From Bacteroidales bacterium (GTDB lineage: Bacteria > Bacteroidota > Bacteroidia > Bacteroidales > DTU049): DNA of 64,000 bases. Below the pieces are notes generated by a model, which ran no database searches, was not told the DNA's origin, and was given only the letters and a program-made list of their open reading frames with translations. The position numbers and the translations under genes were made by a program. The DNA lies in NCBI GenBank assembly GCA_026418905.1, contig JAOAAK010000015.1, positions 10,595-74,594 of the forward strand, in the 5' to 3' direction. Below are positions 9,579 to 19,643 of the stretch, in pieces (position 1 is the stretch's first letter; every line of letters starts with the position of its first letter).

Positions 9579-11558
9579 ATGAAAAAATACGTTCTCTCAT
9601 TTGTCATTTTGTTATCTTTAACTTTTTCCTCCTTTGCTCAGGAGGATGAAATTATTATGATCATTGACAACGAACCTGTCACAAAAACAGAATTTCTAAA
9701 AGTTTATCTCAAAAACAACAATGATCCTGATCCATACAACGAACAAAGTATCCGTAATTATCTCGATCTTTTTATCAACTACAAACTTAAAGTAAAACAA
9801 GCCATCAAAGAAGGCCTTGATACCACTAAAAAATTTCGACAAGAATTTAATAATTATAAACGGCAGTTGGCTCAGAACTATCTCTATGACAAAGAAACTT
9901 ATGACAAATTACTCAATGAGTCTTACGAAAGAAGCCAGTTTGACCTTCGCGTTTCACATATTCTTATAAAGCTTACACCTAATGCTTCACCTGCTGACAC
10001 ATTAAAAGCTTACAAAAAAGCTCTAGATATTCGATCGAAAATTCTCAAGGGGATGCCTTTTGAAGATGCTGCTCTAGCTTACTCTGAAGATGAAACAGTT
10101 AAAGATAGAACAGCAAAAGATGGAACGGTCATTTCAGGCAATAAAGGAGATCTTGGCTTCTTTACCGTATTTAATATGGCTTACGAATTTGAAACTGCAG
10201 CATACAACTTGAAAATCGACGAAATCAGTATGCCCGTACGTACCCAGCTCGGCTATCATATCATTAAGCTAACAGATAAAAGACCTGCCTTAGGAAAGGT
10301 ACTTACAGCTCACATTCTTGTTCAGACGAAAGACATTGGTGAAGCAAATGCCATACAAAAAATCAATGAAGCATACCGACTTATTAAAGAAGGCAAAACT
10401 TTTGAAGAGGTTGCCAAAGAATATTCCGACGACAAAGGTTCCGCTACTAAAGGCGGTCAGCTTCCATGGTTTGGATGCTTTCGCATGGTACCTGAATTTA
10501 TCACTCCGTTGTATACAATGAAACCTGGTGATATATCCGAGCCTATTAGGTCTATATATGGTTATCATATTATCAAGCTCATTGATCGAAAACCCGTTCT
10601 TTCTTTCGAAGAGGAAAAAAATAACCTTAAAAACCAACTTCAGCGAGATAAAAGGTATCAGCTAACCCGAAAAGCACTTGTCGAAAAACTCAAAAAAGAA
10701 TATGCTTATTCTTACAAGCCCGAGGTCCTTAAAAAATTACTTCCTTTACTTAACGATAGCCTTTACGATGCAAGTTGGAAATATCCCAAAATCCCTATCA
10801 TGAAGGACACATTATGTAAAATTGGTAAAAAAGTTTATACACTCGAAGAATTTGCAGACTTTTTTATGCAAAGGCAATCTCAACTCAAGAGGGGCGACGA
10901 TTGGTGGACGTTTATTCTATTTCAATTTGACAATTTTATTCAAGATAAAATCATAGAATATGAATATGGCCAACTAGAACGCAAGTATCAAGATTTTGCA
11001 GATCTTGTCAAAGAATATCACGATGGCATCTTGCTTTTTGAACTCATGGATCAGAAAGTTTGGTCACGTGCAGTGAAAGACACCACAGGGCTCAAGGAAT
11101 TTTACAAAACCGTTCAAAACAAATATATGTATGGAGAAAGAGCAGATGTAGTTGTTTTTACCACATCAAGTGAAAATACAGCCAAATCTCTCGAACGCTT
11201 TATCTCCAAAAAAGGTAAAAAAGTTCAAGATCCTATTACCATCCTCAAAACTGTTGTCAAAGATACTTCAGTTTCCGTGAAACACCAAGAGATGAAAGTC
11301 GAAAAAGGCACATCTCCACTTGTCGAAAAACTCCCATGGAAGCCTATGCAAGTAAAAATCGTTCCTGAGAATAATAATTTTCATGTTGTTTGGATTAAAA
11401 AAATATTGGCCCCTGAACCCAAACCATTGAACGAAGTTAAAGGTTTAGTGGCAGCTGAATACCAAAACTATTTAGAAGAAAAATGGATTTCAGAATTAAG
11501 ATCTCGATACAAATGGCAAATCAACGAAAACGTTCTTTCCTCACTCTGGAAAAAGTAA
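9579..11558 (+). CDS. Periplasmic peptidyl-prolyl isomerase with two parvulin (PpiC) domains
   Basis: Signal peptide MKKYVLSFVILLSLTFSSFAQ. Two rotamase domains end in LGYHIIKL and YGYHIIKL. Confidence 0.85.
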   Translation: MKKYVLSFVILLSLTFSSFAQEDEIIMIIDNEPVTKTEFLKVYLKNNNDPDPYNEQSIRNYLDLFINYKLKVKQAIKEGLDTTKKFRQEFNNYKRQLAQNYLYDKETYDKLLNESYERSQFDLRVSHILIKLTPNASPADTLKAYKKALDIRSKILKGMPFEDAALAYSEDETVKDRTAKDGTVISGNKGDLGFFTVFNMAYEFETAAYNLKIDEISMPVRTQLGYHIIKLTDKRPALGKVLTAHILVQTKDIGEANAIQKINEAYRLIKEGKTFEEVAKEYSDDKGSATKGGQLPWFGCFRMVPEFITPLYTMKPGDISEPIRSIYGYHIIKLIDRKPVLSFEEEKNNLKNQLQRDKRYQLTRKALVEKLKKEYAYSYKPEVLKKLLPLLNDSLYDASWKYPKIPIMKDTLCKIGKKVYTLEEFADFFMQRQSQLKRGDDWWTFILFQFDNFIQDKIIEYEYGQLERKYQDFADLVKEYHDGILLFELMDQKVWSRAVKDTTGLKEFYKTVQNKYMYGERADVVVFTTSSENTAKSLERFISKKGKKVQDPITILKTVVKDTSVSVKHQEMKVEKGTSPLVEKLPWKPMQVKIVPENNNFHVVWIKKILAPEPKPLNEVKGLVAAEYQNYLEEKWISELRSRYKWQINENVLSSLWKK

Positions 11559-12391
11559 TTATTATTTTTCTTTTTGCTTCTGTTTTTCTTACATTTTGTT
11601 CAAAAAGCAAAAAGAAAAAGCTTCTTTTGGCTGAATTTGAAAAAGAAAAACTTTACGCAGAAGATATTTTTATTCCATCGGGTCTTGATAAGAAAGACAG
11701 CCTTGCTTATTTAAATAAACAAGTTGACAATTGGATCAAAAAAGAGGCTTTATTTCGTATGGCAAAAGAGAACTTGCCTGATTCTGTCTTGAAAATAATT
11801 AACAAAAAATTACAAGATGTCGAAAAGCAACTGGTTTTAGCAGCATATGAAAATTGGTTAATAGACAGTTTACCTCCAATTCATATTACTGACGAAGAGA
11901 TAGCCGACTTTTACCATAAAAACAAAAATGAATTTCCTCTTCAACAAGTTATGGTACAACTTCATTTTGTTGAAATTTCCCAACAGGATCCCAATTACTT
12001 CAAAATCAAACAACAGTTTCTTTATCCTTCGCCAGACCTCACAATTATAAATTCGCTCACATCGCAAGCAAAAAGAACGTTCCTTGTTCCAAATACATGG
12101 GTGTATTTTAAGGATGTAGTAAAAGAAATACCATTTTCATTCAAAGATACTATAGCTTTTGTTCAAAATACCACCTTTTTTGAGGTAAAAACTACCGATG
12201 CTGTGTTTTTGGGGCGTATTTATAAATATCTTTTGCCTCATCAAAATGCACCTTTGTTTATGGTGAAAGATATGATTAAGGATTTACTGTATCATACCAA
12301 AAAAAACACTTTTCTAGAAGAATTATACAATAAAAAATACCTGAATGCTTTACATTATTATCGAATCAAAAATTATATGAATGAGAAATAG
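11513..12391 (+). CDS. Hypothetical lipoprotein, SurA-N-terminal-like chaperone candidate
   Basis: The ATG at 11513 gives a lipoprotein signal (MANQRKRSFLTLEKVIIIFLFASVFLTFC). It sits between two PPIase genes. No rotamase motif was seen. Confidence 0.6.
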   Translation: MANQRKRSFLTLEKVIIIFLFASVFLTFCSKSKKKKLLLAEFEKEKLYAEDIFIPSGLDKKDSLAYLNKQVDNWIKKEALFRMAKENLPDSVLKIINKKLQDVEKQLVLAAYENWLIDSLPPIHITDEEIADFYHKNKNEFPLQQVMVQLHFVEISQQDPNYFKIKQQFLYPSPDLTIINSLTSQAKRTFLVPNTWVYFKDVVKEIPFSFKDTIAFVQNTTFFEVKTTDAVFLGRIYKYLLPHQNAPLFMVKDMIKDLLYHTKKNTFLEELYNKKYLNALHYYRIKNYMNEK

Positions 12392-13718
12392 TGTTTTCGT
12401 TTTTCTGATGCTGGCATCACTAATGGCTCTGTCGCAACCCGTCGGTCAAGTTCTGGATAAAATTGTCGCCATCGTTGGAAATAAAATCATTACCCTTTCG
12501 GACGTAGAAATCCAATATTGGCAATTTGTGATGATGGGACAGAAACCGACTGATGAGTTACGTTGTTCAGTTCTGGAAGAACTTATGTTCCAGAAAATGC
12601 TGCAAGTGCAAGCAGAATTTGATTCTGTGACAATTTCTGATAATCAGGTTGAAAACGAACTTGACAGACGACTTCGTTTCTTCATAAATCAAATGGGAAG
12701 CCCCGAACAACTTGAAAAATTTTATAACAAATCTATTGTGGAAATCAAAGAAGAATTTCGTGAACTTGTTCGCGAACAATTACTTATAGAAACCATGAAG
12801 TCCAAAATAACAGAAAACGTTAGTGTTTCTCCTTCCGAAGTCAGAAAATTCTATCAACAACTACCCCCCGATAGTATACCACTGATAGAATCACAAATTG
12901 AATATGGCGAAATAGTTGCCATTCCACAACCTTCAGATATTGAAAAAAAAATTGCTTATGAAAAAATTAGTGAAATTCATCGGCGAATAACTCAAAAAGG
13001 TGAAAATTTTGAGGTTCTTGCCAGACTCTATTCACACGATATCGAAACAGCTAAAAAAGGTGGAGAAACAGGGTTCTGGGGTAAAGGTCAAATGGTTTCT
13101 TCCTTCGAAGCAGCAGCTTTTAGCCTGAAAAAGCCCGGAGATGTTTCGGACATTATCGAGACACCATATGGTTACCACATTCTTCAACTCATTCAGCGTC
13201 GTGGAGAATTTGTTAATGTCCGTCATATACTAATTATTCCTGAGGTTTCTGACGCTGATATTCGGAGAACAAAAAAACAACTTGATTCTTTACGTAATGA
13301 AATTCTCAGTGGTCGGATTACCTTTGAAGAAGCTGCTTTTAAGTTTAATCCACCTGAATTAAAAACAAGAAATGGACTTGTTATTAACCCTTATAACGGT
13401 AAAACTACTTTTTCACCTAGTGAACTAACCCCTGATGTTTTTCTGGCCATAGATAAACTTAAACCCGGTGAAATTAGCCCTGTCTTACCATATCAAACCG
13501 ACAAAGGACAATCAGCATTCCGTATCTTTTATCTCAAATCTAGAACTGACCCTCGAAAGGCAACGCTCGAAAAGGACTATGCACTTTTTGTTGAACTCAC
13601 AACAGAATTGAAAAAAAAACAAGCTCTTGAAAAGTGGTTTTATGATCACAAAAAATATATTTATATCAAAATTGACCCTGAGTTTTCAGATTGTTTGTTC
13701 AAATATAAATGGAATTAA
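12381..13718 (+). CDS. SurA-like peptidyl-prolyl isomerase / chaperone
   Basis: Signal peptide, a SurA-like N-terminal domain and a parvulin domain (GGETGFWGKGQMVSSFEAAAF...YGYHILQLIQRR). Confidence 0.85.
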   Translation: MRNSVFVFLMLASLMALSQPVGQVLDKIVAIVGNKIITLSDVEIQYWQFVMMGQKPTDELRCSVLEELMFQKMLQVQAEFDSVTISDNQVENELDRRLRFFINQMGSPEQLEKFYNKSIVEIKEEFRELVREQLLIETMKSKITENVSVSPSEVRKFYQQLPPDSIPLIESQIEYGEIVAIPQPSDIEKKIAYEKISEIHRRITQKGENFEVLARLYSHDIETAKKGGETGFWGKGQMVSSFEAAAFSLKKPGDVSDIIETPYGYHILQLIQRRGEFVNVRHILIIPEVSDADIRRTKKQLDSLRNEILSGRITFEEAAFKFNPPELKTRNGLVINPYNGKTTFSPSELTPDVFLAIDKLKPGEISPVLPYQTDKGQSAFRIFYLKSRTDPRKATLEKDYALFVELTTELKKKQALEKWFYDHKKYIYIKIDPEFSDCLFKYKWN

Positions 13719-14692
13719 ATATGATAGCTTTTGCCAACGACGTTGAAGCAGCCAAAAAATTCAACGAACTTTACCACCGCATGCGGCAGGAAATTGCCAA
13801 AGTTATAGTAGGTCAGGACGAGGTGATCGAAAAGATTCTCATCAGTATGTTCTCTAAAGGACATACGTTGCTCATTGGCGTACCGGGCCTTGCTAAAACC
13901 CTCATCATTACCACCATAGCTCAATCCTTATCTTTAACCTTCTCACGTATTCAGTTTACACCTGATCTTATGCCAAGTGATCTCATTGGGACAGAAATTT
14001 TAGATGAAAACCGTCAGTTTAAGTACATCAAAGGTCCCATTTTTGCAAATATCATTCTTGCTGACGAGATCAACCGCACACCTCCGAAAACACAGTCAGC
14101 ATTGCTCGAAGCTATGCAAGAAAGGGAAGTTTCTTTTGCCGGTGTAACTTATCCTCTTCCAAATCCTTTCTTTACATTGGCAACACAAAATCCTATAGAA
14201 CAAGAAGGAACTTACCCTCTGCCAGAAGCTCAACTCGACCGATTTATGTTTAGCATCTGGCTAGACTATCCATCGTTCGAAGAAGAAATCGACATTGTCA
14301 AACGTACAACTCTCGAAACAATGCCTACAGCTTCGGTAGTCTCAAATGCTGAAGAAATCATTTTTTTTCAAAATCTCGTACGCCGTGTTCCTGTCACTGA
14401 TTATGTTGTAGAATACGCAGTTAAACTCACAGCTAAAACACGCCCTAATTCTCATTTCGTACATCCATGGGCAAAAAAATATATTGCATGGGGTGCAGGT
14501 CCTCGTTCCAGTCAATATCTCATACTTGGTGCTAAATGCCATGCTTTACTTCACGGAAAACATATGCCAGACATCGAAGACATAAGGGCAGTTGCAGAAA
14601 ATGTACTTCAACATAGAATTGTCAAAAATTATAAAGCAGAAGCTGAAGGTATCTCTTCTCGCGACATCATACGTGAACTGCTTAAGGATTAA
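13709..14692 (+). CDS. MoxR-family AAA+ ATPase
   Basis: Walker A LLIGVPGLAKT, Walker B ILADEINR, and the MoxR signature FTPDLMPSDLIG. The start may be the second ATG at 13721. Confidence 0.9.
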   Translation: MELNMIAFANDVEAAKKFNELYHRMRQEIAKVIVGQDEVIEKILISMFSKGHTLLIGVPGLAKTLIITTIAQSLSLTFSRIQFTPDLMPSDLIGTEILDENRQFKYIKGPIFANIILADEINRTPPKTQSALLEAMQEREVSFAGVTYPLPNPFFTLATQNPIEQEGTYPLPEAQLDRFMFSIWLDYPSFEEEIDIVKRTTLETMPTASVVSNAEEIIFFQNLVRRVPVTDYVVEYAVKLTAKTRPNSHFVHPWAKKYIAWGAGPRSSQYLILGAKCHALLHGKHMPDIEDIRAVAENVLQHRIVKNYKAEAEGISSRDIIRELLKD

Positions 14693-14698
14693 ACAAAT

Positions 14699-15931
14699 AT
14701 GTACGAAATTGAAGTAACAGCTCCTGTTGGTTCTTTTGAATCACTTCAAGCAGCATTAGAAGCAGGAGCAGATTCTGTCTACTTCGGAGTAGGCGAATTA
14801 AATATGCGATCCGCATCCACCACAAATTTTACTCCACAAGAGTTACCTTATATCGTAAAAAAAACTAAAGAACATAATGCAAAAGCATATCTCACGCTCA
14901 ATGTTGTTATATATGAAGAAGAACTAGAAAATGCTTTTGATCTTTTACAAAAAGCAAAAGATGCTGGTGTAGATGCCATCATAGCTACAGATTACAGTGT
15001 TCTATCCAAAACGCGAGAATTGAAAATGCCTGTTCATCTATCTACTCAAACTAATATTACCAATTCTGAAGCTGTTCGGTTTTATTCCCAATGGGCCGAT
15101 GTAGTTATTCTTTCAAGAGAACTTTCATTAGAACAAATCAATAAAATCCATACAAGAATTCACAAAGAAAAAATTCTAGGTCCTTCGGGAAAACCAATCA
15201 GACTGGAAGCTTTCGTACACGGTGCTTTCTGCATGGCTATCAGTGGAAAATGCTATCTCAGTAAGGATTTGCATAACCAAAGTGCTAATCGCGGAAAATG
15301 TCTGCAAGTGTGTCGAAGAAAATACAAACTTTTTGACGAAGAACGCAACATCGAATTAGAAATGGAAAATGGGTACATTCTCTCGGCACGCGACCTCTGC
15401 ACACTTTCATTTCTAGATAAAATTATCAATGCTGGTATAAGTATTTTGAAAATTGAAGGAAGAGGACGTTCCGCTGAATATGTCTATACGACAGTTAAAG
15501 TGTATAAAGAAGCTGTCAAAGCCATTCAAAGTAATACTTTCAATCAAGACTTTATAAAATACGGTCTCGAACAACTCAGTAAAGTCTATCATCGTCAATT
15601 CTGGGAAGGCTACTATCTTGGAAGAACAACTATTGAATGGAGTAATCAGCCAGGCTCTGCTTCAACAGAATACAAAGAATACGTTGGTAAAGTAACTCAT
15701 TATTATTCTCAACTTAATGTTGCTGAAATTAAGGCCGAAACTATGCCTGTTTATGTTGGAGCTGAAATCTATATTATCGGTCCCACCACAGGAGTCGTAA
15801 GAACTACCATCTCAGAACTTCACACCGATGTTGGTCCTTCCAGTTCAGCTTCTCAAGGAACCATTTTCTCTATCAAAGTTCCTGTAAAAGTTCGAAGAAA
15901 TGATCAAGTTTTTATAATCAAACAACGATGA
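14699..15931 (+). CDS. U32 family peptidase
   Basis: N-terminal EVTAPVGSFESLQAALEAGADSVYFG and a TIM-barrel-like U32 pattern including KIEGRGRSAEY. Confidence 0.9.
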   Translation: MYEIEVTAPVGSFESLQAALEAGADSVYFGVGELNMRSASTTNFTPQELPYIVKKTKEHNAKAYLTLNVVIYEEELENAFDLLQKAKDAGVDAIIATDYSVLSKTRELKMPVHLSTQTNITNSEAVRFYSQWADVVILSRELSLEQINKIHTRIHKEKILGPSGKPIRLEAFVHGAFCMAISGKCYLSKDLHNQSANRGKCLQVCRRKYKLFDEERNIELEMENGYILSARDLCTLSFLDKIINAGISILKIEGRGRSAEYVYTTVKVYKEAVKAIQSNTFNQDFIKYGLEQLSKVYHRQFWEGYYLGRTTIEWSNQPGSASTEYKEYVGKVTHYYSQLNVAEIKAETMPVYVGAEIYIIGPTTGVVRTTISELHTDVGPSSSASQGTIFSIKVPVKVRRNDQVFIIKQR

Positions 15932-17490
15932 GTGCAACTCGTAGAATTTTAATATTTCATGCTATTGCAATAAAAGTGTTTTTTTCAAGCTTTTCTCAAT
16001 CATGTATACCACGCAATATTATCATCATGATTGGCGACGGAATGGGATTTGAACAATATAAAGCGACACAATACTTTTTTGACAAGGACAGCATTTCGTT
16101 ATTTAATCTATTTGAAATCAAAGCAGCAGCTCATACCGGCAACCATGGAGTGGACTACGATCCTGCTCGCGCATGGGTTGATAAAAATTACCTCATGTCA
16201 GCTTTTACTGAATCGTCGGCAGCTGCTACAGCTATTTCAACTGGTTATCTCACTTTACAAGGAATGCTTGGCTTAACCCCTGATAGTATCCCTGTTTTAC
16301 ACTTAGCTGAATTAGCATATCGCCTTAATAAATCAAGTGGTGTTGTTACTTCTGTTCCATTCACTCACGCTACACCTGCTGGGTTTGCTATACATCACCC
16401 CAACCGAAAATCTTATACCAACATTGCGTACGAGATGTTACTTCATTCACCACTCCAACTTATTATGGGTACCGGACATCCATTTTACGATAACGACGGC
16501 AAATTAAAAAATACACCCTCTTGGACTTACATCGATTCCTCTTTGTGGAATTTTTTCTTTGCCTTAAAAAATAAAAATATTATCTATAACGGTGCTTCGT
16601 ATTATTTCTCCAAAGAATGGCTTGGAACAGATAACATTTTAGTTTTAGACTCTGCCATCCGATACAAAGCTAAGCTTAAAAAGCTTGTTTACATACCACC
16701 TATTTTTGAATCTTTGTCTTATAACCGAACAGGTATTTCAAAACAACCTTACGACATTCCATTTCCTGAAGGTATACCTACCCTTGATCGACTGAGTACT
16801 CTTGCACTTCGTTTTCTTTCACAAGATCCAGACGGTTTCTTCTTGATGATTGAAGGAGGTGCTATTGATTGGGCAGGTCACGACAACAACTTGTCCCGTC
16901 TTATTGAAGAAACGAGAGAATTTTTCAAGGCTGTCAGGACCGTCATACATTGGATCGACAGTACGAATTCATGGAGCAACACGTTATTAATTGTCATGGC
17001 AGATCATGAAACGGGGTTGTTATGCAACGAATTTGAAATTAACGAAGGATTTAAGCCCGTTCAGCATTCAGGTTATCATATCATGCCAAAAGCAAAATTT
17101 CTTTCAAGTGATCACACCAATCAATTGGTCCCATTTTTCGCCAAAGGTTGTGGATCGCAATTATTTGCATCATATCTGAAAAAAAATGATCCTCGTAGGG
17201 GTGTTTATCTTCACATTTCACATGTCTCTCATGCAGTGAAACAACTTTGGGGAAATTCCGTATTTGTTTATCCAACTGAAGTAACAGCTTGCAAAAACGA
17301 ACCTATCACATTTTACGCTTCTATCCCCTGCCCTAATGCTAAAATTACATGGTATGTAAATACTAAACCTACTTCCTGTCAAAATTACTCGTGTTCATTC
17401 AAATTTAAGAAAAACGCTCAAATTATTTGTAGCGTAGAATGTAATGACCAAAAAATAACCTCTAACATAGTTCACGTTAAAATCAGGTAA
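15928..17490 (+). CDS. Alkaline phosphatase with C-terminal Cys-rich Ig-like extension
   Basis: IIIMIGDGMG, TESSAAATA (active-site Ser region), IDWAGHDNN and MADHETG. It has an N-terminal signal and a ~70-aa extra C-terminal domain. Confidence 0.85.
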   Translation: MSATRRILIFHAIAIKVFFSSFSQSCIPRNIIIMIGDGMGFEQYKATQYFFDKDSISLFNLFEIKAAAHTGNHGVDYDPARAWVDKNYLMSAFTESSAAATAISTGYLTLQGMLGLTPDSIPVLHLAELAYRLNKSSGVVTSVPFTHATPAGFAIHHPNRKSYTNIAYEMLLHSPLQLIMGTGHPFYDNDGKLKNTPSWTYIDSSLWNFFFALKNKNIIYNGASYYFSKEWLGTDNILVLDSAIRYKAKLKKLVYIPPIFESLSYNRTGISKQPYDIPFPEGIPTLDRLSTLALRFLSQDPDGFFLMIEGGAIDWAGHDNNLSRLIEETREFFKAVRTVIHWIDSTNSWSNTLLIVMADHETGLLCNEFEINEGFKPVQHSGYHIMPKAKFLSSDHTNQLVPFFAKGCGSQLFASYLKKNDPRRGVYLHISHVSHAVKQLWGNSVFVYPTEVTACKNEPITFYASIPCPNAKITWYVNTKPTSCQNYSCSFKFKKNAQIICSVECNDQKITSNIVHVKIR

Positions 17491-18289
17491 AAATTCCTTG
17501 GCTTACAATTTTTTCATAATACGAAATTCCAAAAAAAGCATAATCCAAAAAAGCAGGATCATCTGGTTTAATACTACGCGCATAATCCGTTAATTCTAAA
17601 GCAACCTTACGAGACGGATGAATTGCCCTAGTTAAACCCAAAAAACGAACAGTTCGCATGACATGTACATCAAGTGGTATTACTAGTGAAGCGGAAGAAA
17701 AATAGTTACTCCATATGCCAAAATCTACTCCATATTTATCTCTTCTAACCATCCAGCGCAAGAAAAGATTTAATCGTTTAGCTGGACTAGTGCAAGATGT
17801 TATAGGAAAATGGTGTCGTGTATGTGGGTTTCTGATGCCAACGTGAAGTTTTTTTAAAAAATGTTGGATATAAACAAAAGCATGCTTAGATGAATCCGGT
17901 TCTAAAGATGGATTAAAAGTACGAATTAAACCCATTTCGTCATTCTTATATAGATTACGCAAAAAATATATCAACTCTATTATATCATCACCACATATGG
18001 TTCTATATACAAATTTCTCAATTTGACGTATTTCGTGGTGGTTTGCATTTTTTATAAAGTCATAAGGTGAATTATCCAATAACTTTAACAGTTGCTGTGC
18101 TGCTTTAATAATAGCCTTGCGATTGCCCCAGGCAAAGGTGGTTATTAAAAATGAAATGATTTCTACATCTCGGGTAGTCGAACATTGATGTACAACCCAA
18201 ATGGGATCATCTTGCATAAAAAAAGGCTGATTGTAATAATCAGCCTTTTCGAGCAAATATTCCTTTAGAGAATCAGGATGGAACTTCAT
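17483..18289 (-). CDS. TIGR02757 (DUF2400) family protein
   Basis: Family signature AKRLNLFLRWMVRRD...VDFGIW...PLDVHV. The start overlaps the end of the upstream oxidoreductase gamma subunit by 17 nt. Confidence 0.75.
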   Translation of the reverse strand: MKFHPDSLKEYLLEKADYYNQPFFMQDDPIWVVHQCSTTRDVEIISFLITTFAWGNRKAIIKAAQQLLKLLDNSPYDFIKNANHHEIRQIEKFVYRTICGDDIIELIYFLRNLYKNDEMGLIRTFNPSLEPDSSKHAFVYIQHFLKKLHVGIRNPHTRHHFPITSCTSPAKRLNLFLRWMVRRDKYGVDFGIWSNYFSSASLVIPLDVHVMRTVRFLGLTRAIHPSRKVALELTDYARSIKPDDPAFLDYAFFGISYYEKIVSQGIFT

Positions 18290-18827
18290 ATTTTTCTATG
18301 ATCTCCTGACCAATATAAACAGCTTTCATATTGTCAGGAATCAACTTATGATGTCGTTCTGGCAAGGATTTTTTTAAACCCGTTTCAATATAATCAAGAG
18401 AAACAAGAGGTTTTATTTTGAGGTAACCACCTAGAACCATCATGTTAAAGATCTTGACAAGTCCAAATTCTGAAGCCTTTTTAGTTGCAGGAATTGAAAA
18501 AATTTCTATATCTTTTCTAGTAGGAGGTTTAATAATCCCATTGGGATCGAAAATAAGTATACCACCTTTTTTTACTGCTTTTTCAAACTTGTCTAACGAT
18601 TGCTGATTAAGAACGATGACCGTATCAAATTCAGTTAACACAGGTGAACTTATACGATCATCACTTAAAATAACTGTAACATTTGCAGTCCCTCCTCGCA
18701 TTTCAGGTCCATAAGAAGGGAACCAGCTCACTTCAAGACCTTGAAGCATACCTGAATAAGCCAATATTTTTCCCATCGACAAAACACCCTGTCCTCCAAA
18801 TCCTGCTATTAAAATTTCCTCGTTCAT
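18273..18827 (-). CDS. 2-oxoacid:ferredoxin oxidoreductase, gamma subunit
   Basis: IAGFGGQGVLSMGKIL...GPEMRGG pattern. Fourth gene of the delta-alpha-beta-gamma cluster. Confidence 0.9.
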   Translation of the reverse strand: MNEEILIAGFGGQGVLSMGKILAYSGMLQGLEVSWFPSYGPEMRGGTANVTVILSDDRISSPVLTEFDTVIVLNQQSLDKFEKAVKKGGILIFDPNGIIKPPTRKDIEIFSIPATKKASEFGLVKIFNMMVLGGYLKIKPLVSLDYIETGLKKSLPERHHKLIPDNMKAVYIGQEIIEKYEVPS

Positions 18828-18838
18828 AGCTTCATGTA

Positions 18839-19639
18839 TTAAATTTGACGAACCAATTCTCCGTTGACTTTGATATCACCCAATGGATAAAAGGATAACA
18901 TGTTTTCTTCAAGCCACTTAATTGCCTGCACTGGAGTCATCTTCCATCCAGAATTACAGTTAGAGACAATTTCAATAAATGAAGTACCCTTCTTATTTCT
19001 GATATTTTCAAAAGCCTGACGTATGGCTTTTTTTAGCCTCCTCACATGAGCTGGTTTATGAACAGCATGCCTTGTCACATAATAAGTGCCAGGCAATTGA
19101 GCTACAAGCTCGCTTAACTTTAAAGGAAAACCATGAATGTTAACTTCACGTCCATAAGGGGAAGTACTTGTTCTTGCATTTAAAAGTGTTGTGGGTGCCA
19201 TCTGTCCACCTGTCATTCCGTAAATGCCATTGTTAATAAAGATAAATAGAATGTTTTCACCGCGATTACAAGCATGTAATGTCTCGTTACCACCTATTGC
19301 ACCGAGGTCGCCGTCACCTTGATAGCTGAAAACAAACCTGTCTGGCCACAATCTACTAATGGCAGTAGCAACAGCTGCAGCACGTCCATGAGCTGCCTGT
19401 TGCATATCAATGTCCAAAAAATCATAAGCTAACACTGAGCAACCTACGGGAGCAACACCAATGGTCTTATCTTGTATGCCCATTTCTTCTATTACTTCAG
19501 ATAGCACTCGATGAACAACCCCATGGCCACATCCAGGACAATAAGACAGAACTTTATCGGTCATTACTGGGGTTCGCCTGTAAACCAAATTTTCAGGCTT
19601 TATAATATCTTTCCATGCTTCCAATGTAACTTCTGACAT
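18839..19639 (-). CDS. 2-oxoacid:ferredoxin oxidoreductase, beta (TPP-binding) subunit
   Basis: CPGCGHG and the TPP motif YQGDGDLGAIGGNE. I prefer the ATG at 19639 (GGAGGG lies 8 nt upstream inside the alpha-subunit end) over the TTG at 19654. Confidence 0.9.
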   Translation of the reverse strand: MSEVTLEAWKDIIKPENLVYRRTPVMTDKVLSYCPGCGHGVVHRVLSEVIEEMGIQDKTIGVAPVGCSVLAYDFLDIDMQQAAHGRAAAVATAISRLWPDRFVFSYQGDGDLGAIGGNETLHACNRGENILFIFINNGIYGMTGGQMAPTTLLNARTSTSPYGREVNIHGFPLKLSELVAQLPGTYYVTRHAVHKPAHVRRLKKAIRQAFENIRNKKGTSFIEIVSNCNSGWKMTPVQAIKWLEENMLSFYPLGDIKVNGELVRQI

Positions 19640-19643
19640 AATT

